Notes: generated by a model from the sequence alone, not told the origin. DNA of 63,525 nucleotides, filler included, from Malassezia furfur (GCA_052055015.1; 45 parts of 45 records of this genome joined end to end with filler, not necessarily neighbours in it), one strand, 5' to 3'. Positions 34,561 through 47,132 are shown, numbered from the whole stretch's first letter. A program made the numbers and translations.

Positions 34561-35862
34561 CGCGTGCAGCGCCGCGCGCAGCGCCGCGAGCACCGTGTCG
34601 GCGCGCACGTCGGCGAGCACGCGGAGCAGCGCGACGAACGAGTCCGCGGGCGTCGTCGCGGCAAAGTTGTACACGATGCACGGCGTGCCGTAGAAGCGCA
34701 GCAGCTGCTCGAGGCCGCCGCGCGCGAGAAAGTCGCGCGCGTGCGCGGGGTTGCGGAAGAGGCCCTCGAGGAAGCGGCACTGCACGTCGAACGCGCCCAC
34801 GACGCGGTTCGTGTCGCGCGCGTGCGGCTCGACGAGGCGCGTGTCTGCGGGCGCGAGCGCCGTGTCCTCGACGCGCGGCACCGGCGGCACGCGCGGCGCG
34901 TCGGTGCACGGCAGCAGTGCGTACTGCGCGCGCACCTCGTCGTCCGCGTGTGCATCGATAGCAAACGCCTCGGCGTCGCGGAGCGTGTGTGTGATGGCGT
35001 CCGCGATGCGCGCGTGCACGGCGTCCTTGAGGCTCGGGTGGTGGCGCACGAGCTCGTCGATCGCCGCGCCGAGCAGGTGCGCGTGGTCGCGGTCGAGGAG
35101 CATCTTTTGGTGGCGCGGCGCGTCGAGCACGCCGAGCACGCGCGGCACGACGCCGTGCTGCGTCACGAGCGCGAGGCCCGGCGCGTTGAGGCACAGCGCG
35201 CCGATCGCCGTCGTCGCCGCGGACACCAGCTCAAAGTTCGGCTCGAGCCCCGTGGCGATCGCCGCGACAAACGCCTCGGGCAGGCGCTGCTCCTGGATCG
35301 TGGCGAGGAGCGTCGGCTCGTTGTGCACAAACGTCGCCATGATCTGGATCGCCTGCGCGAGCAAGAGCGGGCCAAACACGTGGCGCGCCTCGAGCACGCC
35401 GCGCAGCGCCGCGACGAGCGGCGTGTCGATCAGGTTGCGCAGCCCCTCGGCGGTGCCCGGCGTGGTCATCAGGTGCACAAACAGCTTCAGCAGGTTGCGC
35501 AGCAGCGCCACGCGCCCGTGCGCCAAAGGCGCCCCCGCCGCCGCGCCGCGCCGCACCGCACGCTCGACGCACGTGACCAGGTCGTCGAGGCCGTGCGCGT
35601 CGAGAAAGTGCGCAAACGCGGGGGGGTACGCGTACATCACGCTGTCGAGCAGGCCGACGGCGCGCGACGCGGTGCGCTGCACCACGAACGCGTCCGCGGG
35701 GAGCTGCGCAAGCGCGAGCAGGCGGGGGACGAGGCCCGCGCCCACCACCATGCTGCTCCCGCTCACGGTCGTCGTGACGTACGCGACGAGCGTCATCGTC
35801 GCGTCGACGTACGCGTCGAGCGCCGCGTCCGGCGCCGCGTCCGCCGCGGCGCCGAGCGCGCC
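34561..35862 (-). CDS. TOM1: HECT E3 ligase Tom1/HUWE1, N-terminal DUF913 region fragment
   Basis: GTAEGLRNLID, IMATFVHNEPT....IQE..LPEAF, IGALCLNAPGL, LGAAIDELVRHHPSLK. Confidence 0.92.
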
Positions 35863-35962
35863 NNNNNNNNNNNNNNNNNNNNNNNNNNNNNNNNNNNNNN
35901 NNNNNNTTAATTAATTAANNNNNNNNNNNNNNNNNNNNNNNNNNNNNNNNNNNNNNNNNNNN

Positions 35963-36240
35963 CGCGCTCGCCGCGGAGCATGGCGATGCACGTCGCGAGC
36001 ATCCACCCGTGCAAGCACGCGAGCATGATGCACAAGATGATTGCGCGCATCAACGACGCGGCCGCCGAGCCGCCCGCGGCGCCGCGCACCTGGGCCGGCG
36101 CCGTGCGCCGGCTGTGGGGCGTCCACGAGCCGCTGCCCGACGAGGGCGGCGTGCAGGTCGACCAGTACCTGATCCTCTTTCTCAAGTTTATGGCGAGCAT
36201 CGTGCCGACGATCGAGATCGACGCGCCGCACCCCGTGTGA
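35963..36240 (+). CDS. ATG3: Atg3 C-terminal part with the catalytic HPC motif
   Basis: ASIHPCKHASMMHK and VDQYLILFLKFMASIVPTIEID. Confidence 0.93.
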
Positions 36241-36320
36241 GCGCCGGGGCCCGGGCGCTCCCCTCCACCCCTGCTGTAGCATAGTCTAGGTATCTGTGTG
36301 ATGGACGAGGCCGCGCGCGG

Positions 36321-37263
36321 TCACGCGGCGTCCTCTGCGCCGGCGGCGGGCTGGCGCTGCGCCGCGCGTGCGCGGCGCACCTCCTCGCCGTGCTCCTGGC
36401 GCTCGGCGATCCACTGCTGGCGCGTGCGCCGCTTCAGCGCGTAGCGGTGCGTGCGCGAGTGGAGGTGCTTGGCGCGCTCCGCTTCGCGCACGCGGAAGGG
36501 GCGCGCGGCGTCGCTCGTGCACACCTCGCAGGTGAACAGGGCGTTGCGCTCGAGCGCGCCCTGCTCGCGGGGCGTGCGCGCGAGCAGCTCGTCGGCCGCC
36601 GCACACACGGAGCGCGGCGCGGGCATCGACGCGTGCGCCAGGAACGCCTGCGTGAGCGCCTCGGCGGGGCGGCGCACGTCGGTGTCCCAGCGCGCGGGGT
36701 CGGTGGCGTCGAGCACGTACAGGTACACCTCCTCGCCGCGGTCCTGCGCGGCGTGCACGGCCGGGAGCAGCTGGTTGCGGATCCACGCGGTCTGCCGCTT
36801 GGCGTAGCGGCGCGTGGCGACCTGCATCGCGTCGATCGCCGCGGCAAAGAGGCGCTCGGCGGTGGCGTCGTCGCCGTGCTGCTCGCGGTGCGTGAGGTAG
36901 GCGTCAAACTCCTTGTACCCTGCGTGAGCGGCGCACGTACCGATGGCCTGGTAGATGCCGCGCGTGTAGTCCACGTCGGTGCGTGCCTCGCGCGCCAGGG
37001 CCCGCAAAGCGTAAATCTCGTCGAGGAGGCCGCGCTGCGTGAGGGGGCGACGTACCTCGACCATCTGGCCGATGCGCCGGTCGAGCCGCGCATTGAGCGC
37101 CGCGCGCTCGCTCCACACCCAGAACAGCAGGCGGCGCGCGCCGAACGGCGGCGCGTGCGGCGCGGCGTGCGCGGCGTCCTGCGCACGGACCCACTCGGAC
37201 TGCGGCGCGCCGGTGTCGCGCAGGATGCACAGCGCGCGGTACAGCTTGCGGTGGTCGCGGTGG
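36321..37263 (-). CDS. MOD5: tRNA dimethylallyltransferase, C-terminal part; in-frame introns 37035-37055 and 36920-36940
   Basis: WDHRKL.RAL, LDRRIGQMVE|RGLLDE, GIYQAIG|YKEF, ATRRYAKRQ.AWIRN, C-terminal CEVC...HLHSRTH zinc finger. Confidence 0.93.
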
Positions 37264-37363
37264 NNNNNNNNNNNNNNNNNNNNNNNNNNNNNNNNNNNNN
37301 NNNNNNNTTAATTAATTAANNNNNNNNNNNNNNNNNNNNNNNNNNNNNNNNNNNNNNNNNNNN

Positions 37364-38631
37364 GAGGGCGCGCGGGGGGGCGCACTGGGCCCCGCGCCGC
37401 TCGACGGCACGGCACGGGCGGCGCCCGGCGGGTCGCACCGTGCGCGTTTGGCGCTTTTTTCGGGACTGTCCCACACGCGCATCGCCGGTACATGACTGGC
37501 GTAGCGCGCCGGGCGTGCCAGTCGTGCGCTCCGCTCGGGTGCGGGCATCGGTGGGGCCTCGGCCTCGGCCGCGCGCGCCGTGCCGGGCGTAACGACTGGC
37601 GCTGCATGCGGCGCGGTACTGGCCGTGCTGGGCCCAAAGGGCAGGGCCGCGCCGGTCGTTGTGTCGAGCTGCCCCCTTCCGTCCTTGGCCGGCGACGGCG
37701 GTGCAGGCAGCGGCGCCGTGACGCGCTGCGGCGGCACGCGCTCCTGCGTAAACGGCGTATGGCGCACGGCCGTGCGCCCTGGCACCCATCCCGCGGGACT
37801 CGGTGCGGCGCTGGGTGCACTGGCGCGCGGCGTGCCGGCTGCGCGGCGCTCCGGGCTGGTGGACGGCGGCGCGGCACGCACCGGCGACGTGTATACGTCG
37901 TGCTGGGCCGGCCGCGCCGGTAGACGCGTGCGCAGCGGCGAGACGCCCGGCGTGCGCTGCGGCGTCGGTGCGAACCGCGCCGCGGCCCAGTCGTGTAAGA
38001 GCGACTGCACGGGCGTGAGGGATTGTGGCGATGCATGCGAGGGCGTACGCAGCGGCGTGCTTGTGGCGCGCGGCTTGTCGTCCGGCGACGCACTCGCGCG
38101 CAGCGGCGTGCGCCGCGGCGAGTTGGAGACGTCGCCGAGCGCTTCGCGCACCAGGGAGCGGTGCGCGATTTGCGCATCGGTCGGCGACGCGGCGCGTGCC
38201 ATCCCCGGCGAGCCGTCGTCCGAGCTGGGCGTGTGCGGCAGCGGTGTCGTGCGGTCGTACAGCGAGGTGGGTGCACCGCCGCCCAGGGCCGCAACCATGC
38301 CGTGCTCAGGCGTGCGGGGTGTCCCAAAAAAGATGGTGTGCGCTGGCACGGGCGAGGCCGACGGAGCGGGTGGTGGTGTCGTGGGCGGCGTGGCCGCCCC
38401 GTCCGTGCAGGGGGGCACCGGGGGGAGCGGGCGTGCGCGCGGAAGCAACACCGCCGGCGCGTCGTCCGGCAGGGTGTGGAGCGTCCGCACAGGCTGCGCG
38501 CTCTGGACTGCGCGGGCTGTGTGCGGCGGCGTGCCCCAGTGCTCGTGCTTGTGGGGCGACGGTGTCCACATCGCGCGGCGCGGCGGCGTGTGCGGCGTAG
38601 ACGCCGAAGCCGCGGCGCCGACGTCGTGCAT
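37364..38631 (-). CDS. Hypothetical disordered Pro/Thr/Ser-rich protein, N-terminal part
   Basis: Open frame from ATG 38631 with many S/T-P sites and REALGDVSN (D-box-like RxxLxxxxN). Confidence 0.6.
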
Positions 38632-38762
38632 GGCGAACAACACCGCGTCGCGCTATCACGTGNNNNNNNNNNNNNNNNNNNNNNNNNNNNNNNNNNNNNN
38701 NNNNNNTTAATTAATTAANNNNNNNNNNNNNNNNNNNNNNNNNNNNNNNNNNNNNNNNNNNN

Positions 38763-40059
38763 CGCGCGCACCGCCGAGGCCACCGGCACGGTGCGCAGCA
38801 GCCCCGTGTCGCGCGCCACGCCCACGACACGCATGCGCGCCCCGCCGACGTCCACCACCTGGTCGCTGTGCAGCCACGCGGCGCGGTAGGCGTCGACCAG
38901 CACGCCAAAGTCGTACGACGCCGCGACAAACGCACTCAGCACGCGCTCGAACGCCGCGAGGATCGCCGCCGCACACGCCTCGAGCGCCGGCGCCGCGCCG
39001 CCCGCCGCCGCGGCGACCTCGGCGAGGCACGTCGTGGGCCGCGCATTCGTCACGTTCACGCCGCACCCCACCACCACGTCGAACGCGTCCGCGCCGGCGT
39101 GCGCCCCGACCAAGATCCCACCGAGCTTGCGGTAGTGCCGCGTCACGCCCTCGCGCTCCACCGCGACGCTCCCCGGCGCGGCCGCCGGCACCTCGCCGTA
39201 CACGTCGTTCGGCCACTTGATCTTGAGCCGCCCCCGCAGCGCCGCGCCGCCCTCCACGCCCTCGCTCACGCCGTACACAATGGCCAGCGCCGCGAGGTAC
39301 TGCACAAACACGCTCTTCGCCGCGGCGCCCAGCGGCCACGCCAGGCGCGTCGAAAACTGCAGGCACCCGCCCGGCGACACCCACGCATTCGCGCCGCGCC
39401 CGCGCCCGGCCACCTGGTGCGTCGCAATGAGCGTCGTGCCGGGCGGCGCGGCGTGCAGCAGCGCGCGGTTCCGCTCCAGCAGCGTCTGCGTGCTGGTGAC
39501 CACCTGTCCGTAGCCCAGCACGTCGCCGACGCTCATCTGCCCCGCGCCCAGCGGCCACGGCAGCGCGCCCGGCCGCCGGAACGCGAGGCGCGCCGCGACC
39601 AGCGCACGAAAGTAGCGCGGAAACACAAAGAACGGCGCGACGCGCGCCGCACCCGCCTCGTCGTCGTCCACGAGCCGCGCCGCCGCGCCGACGAACGCGA
39701 CGTACTTCGGCACACGCGCCCAGTCCACCGCGGCGTCCACGGTGTACGCCGCATAGTCCGCGTCCCAGCACGCCTCGTGCACCGCCGCCAGGCTCGCGGC
39801 CGCGTCGCGCTCCACGTCCAGCACCGTATACGTGTCCGCCTCGCGCACCACCCCCGCGACCCGCACCGACCCCGCACGGTCGGCGAGCACGCGCGCGACG
39901 CCGGGCAGCGCGGCGCCCGCCGTGTCCGCGGTCGCGGCCGCACACAGCGCCCCGCGGAATGCCGCGAGCATCGCGTCGCTCCGGCTCACCACGTACAGCG
40001 GCGCCAGGCGCACCGGCTCGGTGAGGCTCGGCGGACCGACGGGCGCCGCGCGCGGCCGC
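38763..40059 (-). CDS. BPL1: Biotin--protein ligase, catalytic region
   Basis: YGQVVTSTQTLL, ATHQVAGRGRGANAWVSPGGCLQFS, KIKWPNDVY, KLGGILV, GCGVNV.N..PT. Confidence 0.95.
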
Positions 40060-40159
40060 NNNNNNNNNNNNNNNNNNNNNNNNNNNNNNNNNNNNNNNNN
40101 NNNTTAATTAATTAANNNNNNNNNNNNNNNNNNNNNNNNNNNNNNNNNNNNNNNNNNNN

Positions 40160-40659
40160 GTCTGGGTCATCTGGCAGTGCAATACCTGAACAAGATGGGC
40201 TGTGAGGTGGTGGTATTCAGCCATTCCAATGGCAAGAAAGAGCAAGCTGCCAAGCTCGGTGCGCACGAGTTTGTGGCGGTGAAGGAGAACCCTAAGATGG
40301 AATGCGTGAAGCCGATTAACCATCTGCTAGTATCCACGAGCCAGCAGCCCGACTGGGCACAGTACTTCGAGGTGATGGCGCCGCGTGCGAGTATTGTGCC
40401 GCTAAGTGTGTCGATGGAGGCCATGGACCACCCGTATGAGGCCGTCGTTGAGCAAGAGCTGCGGATCACTGGAAGTCTGGTGGCGCGACGCGAGCTACAT
40501 AAAGAGATGCTCGCGTTCTCGGCGCGGCGAGAGGTTCTGCCGTGGGTCGAGGAATTGCCCATGACCGAGGACGGGCTGAACGAGGCGTTTGACCGGCTCG
40601 AAAAGGGCGATGTGTGCTACCGGTTTGTGCTCAAGTCGCAGCGTACGCAGGCCGAGTAA
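40160..40659 (+). CDS. Zn-dependent NADP alcohol dehydrogenase (CAD/ADH6-like), C-terminus
   Basis: GLGHLAVQY..KMGCEVVVFS, KLGAHEFV, ITGSLVA, AFDRLEKGDVCYRFVL. Confidence 0.9.
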
Positions 40660-40694
40660 GTAGTGAAGCCAAACCAGTGCATGCGGTAGCAAGG

Positions 40695-41455
40695 CTATGG
40701 CGGCGTGGGCCAGTAAGTCCCGTCGTGCTGGTTCCAGCGCTTGGCGAGGCGCTCGTCGACGCCCGGCACGCCGTACTCGGGCTTCTCCTCGTCCGAGTCG
40801 GGGTCGATGATTTCGCCGTCGCCCGCATATTGCGGCTCGATGTCCTCGTCGTCGTCCGTGCGCATTGCTGTGCGCACCTTGGAGAGGCCCGAACGTGGCT
40901 CACGCACGGCCATATCGTGCAGGAGCGCCTGCATCTGTGACTGCTTCGTGTCGTCGAGGCGTGCCTTGCGTTCGCGCTGGACGCGCTGCATCTCCGGGAG
41001 GTAGTCGCGGAGGTACTCTTCGCGTGCCTCGTTGACTGCACCAAGGAACGACTCCATCCCGTCGCCTGTCGCAGACGAGACGCCGACGGCGCGCAGGTTT
41101 TTGTAGAATTCGTCGAGGACGAGGCTCATGGAGTTCATCAGGCTGTTTAGGTAGCTCGGCTCCTCCGTGCCGCGCGCTGGGAGTGGCGCGTTCGGGTCCG
41201 CGGCAAGTGCCGACGGATCGCGTGCGTTGCCGGCCATGAGCGCGCGCTGGAAGGCCTCGAAGTCGTGCATCCAGTCAAACGCAAACGTAGGGTCCTGGAC
41301 GTCGGTCTTGTTGAATACGACAATGAAGGGCATCTTGGTCTTATACATGATACTGCATGCGTACAGCATGTTGCTCATGAACGTCGCTGGCGCGGTGGTG
41401 CGCGGGGTATCCACGACGTAGGCCACGACCGTCGGCATCGCACTGGCGAGCGCAT
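40695..41455 (-). CDS. NPA3: GPN-loop GTPase 1, C-terminal part
   Basis: YVVDTPR...[48 protein letters not shown]. Confidence 0.94.
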
Positions 41456-41555
41456 NNNNNNNNNNNNNNNNNNNNNNNNNNNNNNNNNNNNNNNNNNNNT
41501 TAATTAATTAANNNNNNNNNNNNNNNNNNNNNNNNNNNNNNNNNNNNNNNNNNNN

Positions 41556-42851
41556 TCGTCCTCTGGCACGACGCGGACGCGGGCACCGTGTACCGCAGCG
41601 ACAACGAGGGAAAGACGTGGGAAGCAGTCAAGGGACCGCGTGCGGGCGCCGCCTACTTGCTGATCGAGCACCCGTACGACCCCAAGCAGGCCTTTATCCT
41701 GTCGAACGCCCAGGAGCACTGGCGCACGCGCGACCGCGGCGCGACCTGGCAGCACTTCCGCACGCCCGACCCGCCCGCGATCCGTGCAGGTATCCCGCTC
41801 GACTTCCACGCGGACGCACAGCACCGCGAGTACATTTTGTACACCGGGCGGCGGTGCACCGCCGGCCTGCCGTGGCAGCGGAGCGTGTGCCACGACGTGG
41901 TGTATTACACCACGGACGCGTTTGCCAGCGTGCACCTCGCGATGGAGGTCGTGTTGCACTGCAGCTGGGCCAAGACCACGCCCGAGCTCAACGTGCCGAA
42001 TGCGGCGATGCAGCGCGTCTTTTGCATTGCATGGGACGAGTCGGCGAACAACCGCGCGGCGAATGCCGGCTCCTCCAAGACGCGGCTGTACGAGAGCGAC
42101 GACTTCTTCCAGACCAAGCGTCTTGTGGACCTCGGCCTCGGGCGCGACGCGCGCGGGTTCATGGGTCTCGGCGCGTCGCGACGCTACCTGATTGCGGCGC
42201 TGCAGGCGCCGGGCACGGCGCGCGAGCTGGCGCTGTACGTGACGCTGGACGCGGTGCACTGGCATCGTGCGCATTTCCCGCACGGGCAGCTCCTGCACGA
42301 GAACGCGTACACGATCCTCGACGGCCCGCGCTTCCACCTGCTCGTCGACGTGCTGGACGCCGCGAGCCAGACCGGTTCGCTGTTCCTCAGCGACGGCTCC
42401 GGCACCAACTTTACGCTGGGACTGCACGGCACGCAGCGGAATGCACAGGGCGTTGTGGACTACGAGCACCTTGCCAACATGGACGGCATCGCGATCGCCA
42501 ACGTGCGCAGCGAGCCGGGCGCCCATGTGCGCGTCAAGACCATGATCACGCGCGACGAGGGGAGCCACTGGGCGTATTTGCGTGCACCTGCGCGCGACGT
42601 CGACGGGCACAAGATCGGGTGCGACGTCGCAGACACGGCGCAGTGCTCGCTGCACCTGCACGCCCTCGTGCGCCCGCACAACGCCGGGCGCGTGTTTAGC
42701 TCCGCGGCGCCCGGCCTCGTGATGGGCGTCGGCTCGGTGGGTGCGGCGCTCCGCCCGTACGCGGACTGCGACACCTTTCTGAGTACGGATGCGGGAGCGA
42801 CGTGGCGCATGGTCGCGCGGCACCCGCACAAGTACGAGTTTGGCGACCAGG
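41556..42851 (+). CDS. VPS10: Vacuolar sorting receptor Vps10/sortilin, luminal fragment
   Basis: Asp-box repeats (SDNEGKTW, TRDRGATW, TRDEGSHW, STDAGATW), CSLHLH, SSAAPGLVMGVGSVG, YEFGDQ. Confidence 0.93.
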
Positions 42852-42951
42852 NNNNNNNNNNNNNNNNNNNNNNNNNNNNNNNNNNNNNNNNNNNNTTAAT
42901 TAATTAANNNNNNNNNNNNNNNNNNNNNNNNNNNNNNNNNNNNNNNNNNNN

Positions 42952-44246
42952 ACCCCGCGTGGTACGACGAGGCGCTCGTCGCCGCCGACGCGCCGCGGCC
43001 GACGCGCCGCGCGCTGTACGACCGGCTGCATGCGCTGCTGCAGCAGCTGCTGCGCCTCGTCCCGACGCTCGCCGCGGCGCTCCAGAGCCAGGTCGCGCGC
43101 CACTTTCCGCACAAGCGCGACCGCACGCTCGCACAGGTGCTGTACGTGCGCAACGTGCTGCGCGTCACCGCCTACTGCGAGGCGCTCACCGAGCCGATCT
43201 GGGCCGCGGTGCTCGACCATGTGCTGCAGGTCGACGTCGAGATCCAGGTGGAGCTCGACGAGCTCGAGGAGCAGGGCCTCGCGCCCGCGTGGGGCGAGGT
43301 GGCGGTGCTGGCCGGCAAGCTCGACGCGCTGATGAAGGTCGTGTTCGACTTCCTTGCGCAGCACGTGGGCCCCGGCGCGACGGACGCGGGCGCCGACGTG
43401 CGGCGCTACCAGCTGTACCAGACGCTGCTCGGCCTGTTCACGCGCGCGGTGCTGCCCACCTTCCGCTCGCGGCACGTGCAGTTTGTGCTGTTCTGGTACG
43501 CGTCGCTGGACGCCGAGTTCGCCGACATGTTCCTCGGCACGCTGCTGAGCAAGAGCCTGTATGCGCCGCAGCGCGACGCGCGCACGCCCGCGGGCACCGA
43601 CGCCGCGGCGTTTTTGCGCATCGCCGCCGCGAGCTACGTCGCGAGCTTCGTCGCGCGCGCACAGTACATCGACGCGCCGACGACGCGCACCGTCGTGCTC
43701 AACCTGTGCACCTACCTCGACGCGGGCCTCGAGGCGTTTGCGCAGCAGGGCGCGCGCGCCCGCGCCCGGGCAGCGCGAGCACGCGCTGTTCTACGCGGTG
43801 GCGCAGGCCGTGTTCTACATCTTCTGCTTCCGCTGGCGCGACCTGCGCCAGGCGCCGAGCGCCGCGGACGCCACGCTCGCGGACGACGACGGCCCCGCGT
43901 CGCTCGCGCACACCTACCCCACGGCGTGCTCGTTCGAGCTGTCGCCGCAGCTCATGCCGACGCTGCACGGCACGTCGTTCTCCTCCGCGTCCTCCGCGGG
44001 GAACACGTCGGTGCTGAGCGCCGAGGCGGGGTGGGCGCCCGGCCTCGCGGTCGTGCAGCGCGCCATCACCTCGCCGCTGAACCCGCTGCGCTACTGCAAC
44101 GCGAATGTCGTGCACCAGTTTGCGCACGTCGCACAGCACACGGGCTTTTTGTACTGCTACTCGATCCTCGACGCGAACGCGCGCCGCGCCGCGCCCCCCA
44201 CGCACGACACGTCCGCGCCGGGCACGCCGCGGCGGCACGGCGCTGC
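42952..44246 (+). CDS. RRN3: RNA polymerase I initiation factor Rrn3, fragment with apparent frameshift near 43755
   Basis: FPHKR, DVEIQVELDEL, KLDALM, LPTFRSRHVQF.LFW, AASYVASFVARA, FYAVAQAVFYIFCFRWRDL, LNPLRYC. Confidence 0.93.
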
Positions 44247-44346
44247 NNNNNNNNNNNNNNNNNNNNNNNNNNNNNNNNNNNNNNNNNNNNTTAATTAATT
44301 AANNNNNNNNNNNNNNNNNNNNNNNNNNNNNNNNNNNNNNNNNNNN

Positions 44347-44714
44347 TGGGAGGGGGTGTGTCGGCTCCCCCGGCACCTCCCGCACCCCCTGCACCCGCAG
44401 CTCCGGCCGTGCCACCCGCACCGCCCGCACCTGCCGGACCGGGCGGCTCGGCGTTGGCAAGTCTGCCACCGCCTCAAGAAGGACGCAGCGCCCTGCTGGC
44501 AAGCATCCAGGGTAAGAGCGTCAAGGACCTGAAAAAGACCGAGACGCGCGATTCATCCAGCCCCAAGATTGGCACCAGCGGGGGTGCGACGCCTGCGCCG
44601 GCCGCTCCGAGCGGCGCCGAAGGCGACCTTGCCAGTGCACTTGCATCTGCGCTCAGCCAGCGCAAGGGTCACATGGGCGGTTCGGACGACGAGGAGAGCG
44701 ACGAGGACTGGTAG
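44347..44714 (+). CDS. WASP/Las17-like Arp2/3 activator, C-terminal proline-rich-WH2-C-A region
   Basis: Polyproline tract, GRSALLASIQG...LKK (WH2), DLASALASALSQRK (C), DDEESDEDW* (A). Confidence 0.88.
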
Positions 44715-44977
44715 GCAACCCACGTAGGACTACAGACAGGATCGGTGAAACGATAGCGTCGCACTTAGCCAAAATCTACGAGGGGCGCGCGCACAGACAT
44801 TTTTTTGGTTTTAAGGTCACAAATAGATTGGCCGATACACTCCGCCATCGGCTTGAGCGGGCAGGAAGAAAAGCATGCGAATACACTATCTACCAAATGG
44901 TAAACGTCGCGACAAGACTATCCCACAGGGGGCAGCTTGGTGCATCCGCAATTTTAAGACAGCAATGCTGTCGCAAT

Positions 44978-45641
44978 TTACTTCTTCTTCGAGGCCTTCT
45001 CGGCGGCCTTGGTGACCTTGCCGCCCTTGCCCGAGGTCTTCTCGACGCTCTTAATGACACCGACAGCGACGGTCTGGCGCATGTCACGGACAGCGAAACG
45101 ACCCAGGGGCGGGTACTCGTTGAACGACTCAACGCACATGGGCTTGGTCGGGATCATCTCGACGATAGCAGCGTCACCCGACTTGACGAACTTGGGGTTC
45201 TCCTCAAGCGTCTTACCCGAGCGACGGTCGATCTTCTCGAGAATGTGGTTGAAGCGGCAGGCAATGTGAGCCGTGTGGCAGTCAAGCACCGGCGAGTAAC
45301 CGTTGCCGATCTGACCGGGGTGGTTCATGACAATGACCTGCGACTTGAACGAAGCGGCCTCCTGGGCGGGGTCGTTCTTCGAGTCCGAGGCGACGTTGCC
45401 GCGGCGAATGTCCTTCACCGACACGTTCTTGACGTTGAAGCCGACGTTGTCACCGGGGAGACCCTCAGGGAGCGACTCGTGGTGCATCTCAACCGACTTG
45501 ACTTCGGTGGTGACGTTCGAGGGAGCGAAGGTCACGACCATACCGGGCTTGATGACACCGGTCTCGACACGGCCGACGGGGACAGTGCCGATACCACCAA
45601 TCTTGTACACATCCTGGAGGGGAAGACGGAGGGGCTTGTCG
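44978..45641 (-). CDS. TEF1: Translation elongation factor 1-alpha, C-terminal half
   Basis: [28 protein letters not shown]...[21 protein letters not shown]. Confidence 0.99.
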
Positions 45642-45741
45642 NNNNNNNNNNNNNNNNNNNNNNNNNNNNNNNNNNNNNNNNNNNNTTAATTAATTAANNN
45701 NNNNNNNNNNNNNNNNNNNNNNNNNNNNNNNNNNNNNNNNN

Positions 45742-46398
45742 CGGCTGTGCGGCAGCGGCGACCACAGGCGCCGCAGACGACGACGAGGCGGCCGCGCTCG
45801 GTACGCCGCGTGCACTGCTGCTGCTCGCCGCGGGCTCCGCCGGCGCCGGCGCCGAACGTCCCCCCTGGTCCTGCACGGACAAGGCCAGTGCGCGCTGCAG
45901 CTCCTCCTCCTCGCGGCGCAGGCGCTCGGCGGCGTCGGCATTCGTCGTCGCGACCGAGTCGTCGTCCGCCTCAAAGTACTCCTCCTTAAGACTGCGCACC
46001 GTGTCCGAGACGAGCGCCAGCGTATCGTCGTCCTTGTATTCGTTGGCCCATTCGCGGAGCAGGGTCAGGATGCGCTTCTTGACGAGCGCATGCGTGGTGC
46101 GCTCCATGACCAGCCGCGAGAGCGTGTGCATAAACGCGCGCGACGCGATCTCGTGGTGCACCGAGGTGCCGCAGTTCTTGGAGAGCATATCGGTGAGGGT
46201 CAGTGCGTAGAGCTGGACATTGGTGTTGCGGTGCGCCAGGCGGCGCTGGATCGCCGCCAGCATGAGCCGCGCATTGCCCTCGTTGTTGTCCGACAGTTTG
46301 TCACATAGGTCGAGATTCAGCTGCCAGTTCTCGCTCGTGAGGCCCTCGTCGGTGGCCTTCACGACGAGATCCTCGTACGGGTTCGGTGCTTTAAACAT
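45742..46398 (-). CDS. HSE1: ESCRT-0 subunit Hse1/STAM (VHS + UIM), N-terminal part
   Basis: MFKAPNPYEDLVVKATDEGLTSENW...NVQLYALTL...KNCG..VHHEIASRAF; REEEELQRALALS (UIM). Confidence 0.93.
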
Positions 46399-46453
46399 GC
46401 CGCCGCCCACGGTCGTCCCACGCAAGCCACGTGGCGGTGTTGGTTCCGCCGCG

Positions 46454-47032
46454 ATGGACGATCTCGCGAACCTGGACTTTGGTGCGTCCGCGCAGCAGCG
46501 CGGCGCGCAGGGCGCAGGCGCAGCGAGCTCGTACAACTTCGACGCGCTCCTGCGGTCCATGCCATCGACGCGCTCGGCGTCGCCACACAAACCCGCGGCA
46601 CCCGCCCCGGCGTCCGCGCCAAAAAAGGGGCCGGCGGCGCCCCCGGCCGCCGCGAGCACCGACGCCTTCTTGTCGCTGCTGCCCACCTCGTTTGCATCGC
46701 AGGCACAGCAGCCGATGAACTCGCGTGCATCCGCACAGCCGCCGACGCCGCAGGTGCCCAAGGCGGCCGCGCCGACCAAGCAGGCCGACCCATTCGACCT
46801 TGACGCATGGGACACCCTCGGAGCCGCATCGCCGGCGCCAGCCGCCGCCCGCCCTGCACAGACCGCATCGGCGCCCGGCCTCGACTTGCTTGACGAGACG
46901 CCCGTGCCGACCAAGCCGCATGTGCGCGTCGCCGCCAAGTCCACGGGCCCGTCCGAAGCGGACCTGCTGGAAGACTTTTTCGCATCCAAGGCGCCGGCGG
47001 CCCAGCCGGCACCCGCCGCGCCGGCCGCACCG
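46454..47032 (+). CDS. Probable auxilin-like clathrin uncoating factor (Swa2-like), N-terminal disordered part
   Basis: MDDLANLDF start with DAF, DPF and DLL short motifs; UBA/TPR/J domains not visible. Confidence 0.5.
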
Positions 47033-47132
47033 NNNNNNNNNNNNNNNNNNNNNNNNNNNNNNNNNNNNNNNNNNNNTTAATTAATTAANNNNNNNNNNNN
47101 NNNNNNNNNNNNNNNNNNNNNNNNNNNNNNNN

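Noticed and set aside
43745..43770. Frameshift in RRN3
   Set aside because: Falls in a (GC)n run; adding one GC unit restores the frame, so probably a sequencing or assembly error.
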